This document shows, one piece after another, positions 62,271 to 64,000 of a DNA stretch of 64,000 bases. The DNA lies in NCBI GenBank assembly GCA_022813865.1, contig JALDZX010000022.1:62001-126000 (forward strand), written 5' to 3'. Both the position numbers and the translations under genes were made by a program. The notes under the pieces were generated by a model. It was not told the origin of the DNA. It was given only the letters and a program-made list of their open reading frames with translations, and made no database searches. Source of the stretch: Xylographa opegraphella (Eukaryota). Position 1 is the first letter of the stretch. Each line of letters begins with the position of its first letter.

Positions 62271-64000
<1,730 letters not shown>

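Overview
Gene-dense, intron-rich DNA from a filamentous ascomycete (Pezizomycotina-type introns of mostly 45-130 nt with GT donors, CTRAC/CTRAY branch sites and YAG acceptors). It encodes a PRC2 EED subunit, so it is not a Saccharomyces-like or Aspergillus-like genome that lost PRC2. About 21 protein-coding genes are supported, mostly conserved housekeeping or regulatory genes: Yip1-family protein, RanBP1-domain FG protein, HRQ1 helicase, NDT80-family TF, Arg/Glu-rich conserved protein, ARV1, eIF3g, V-ATPase subunit e, RING E3, Rrn11-like factor, Zn2Cys6 TF, EED, PAS protein, Gvp36-like BAR protein, mitochondrial Hsp70, DUF2415-type WD40 protein, ADA2, YPK1 and PGI (partial). An accessory stretch at about 3.7-7.5 kb holds a MYND/MSS51-like gene broken by two in-frame stops. 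I found no tRNA, rRNA, CRISPR array or recognisable transposon, and I cannot support a wholly new multi-gene system from this sequence. The most notable observations are: the young pseudogene with RIP-like changes; a GC-AG intron required in EED; an NDT80 gene with a 7-nt first coding exon behind a roughly 6-kb ORF-free region; a shared ACGCTAGTC 9-mer in three divergent promoters; GC-rich islands at gene 3' ends; and many stop-free 3n introns. All exon boundaries were derived by hand.
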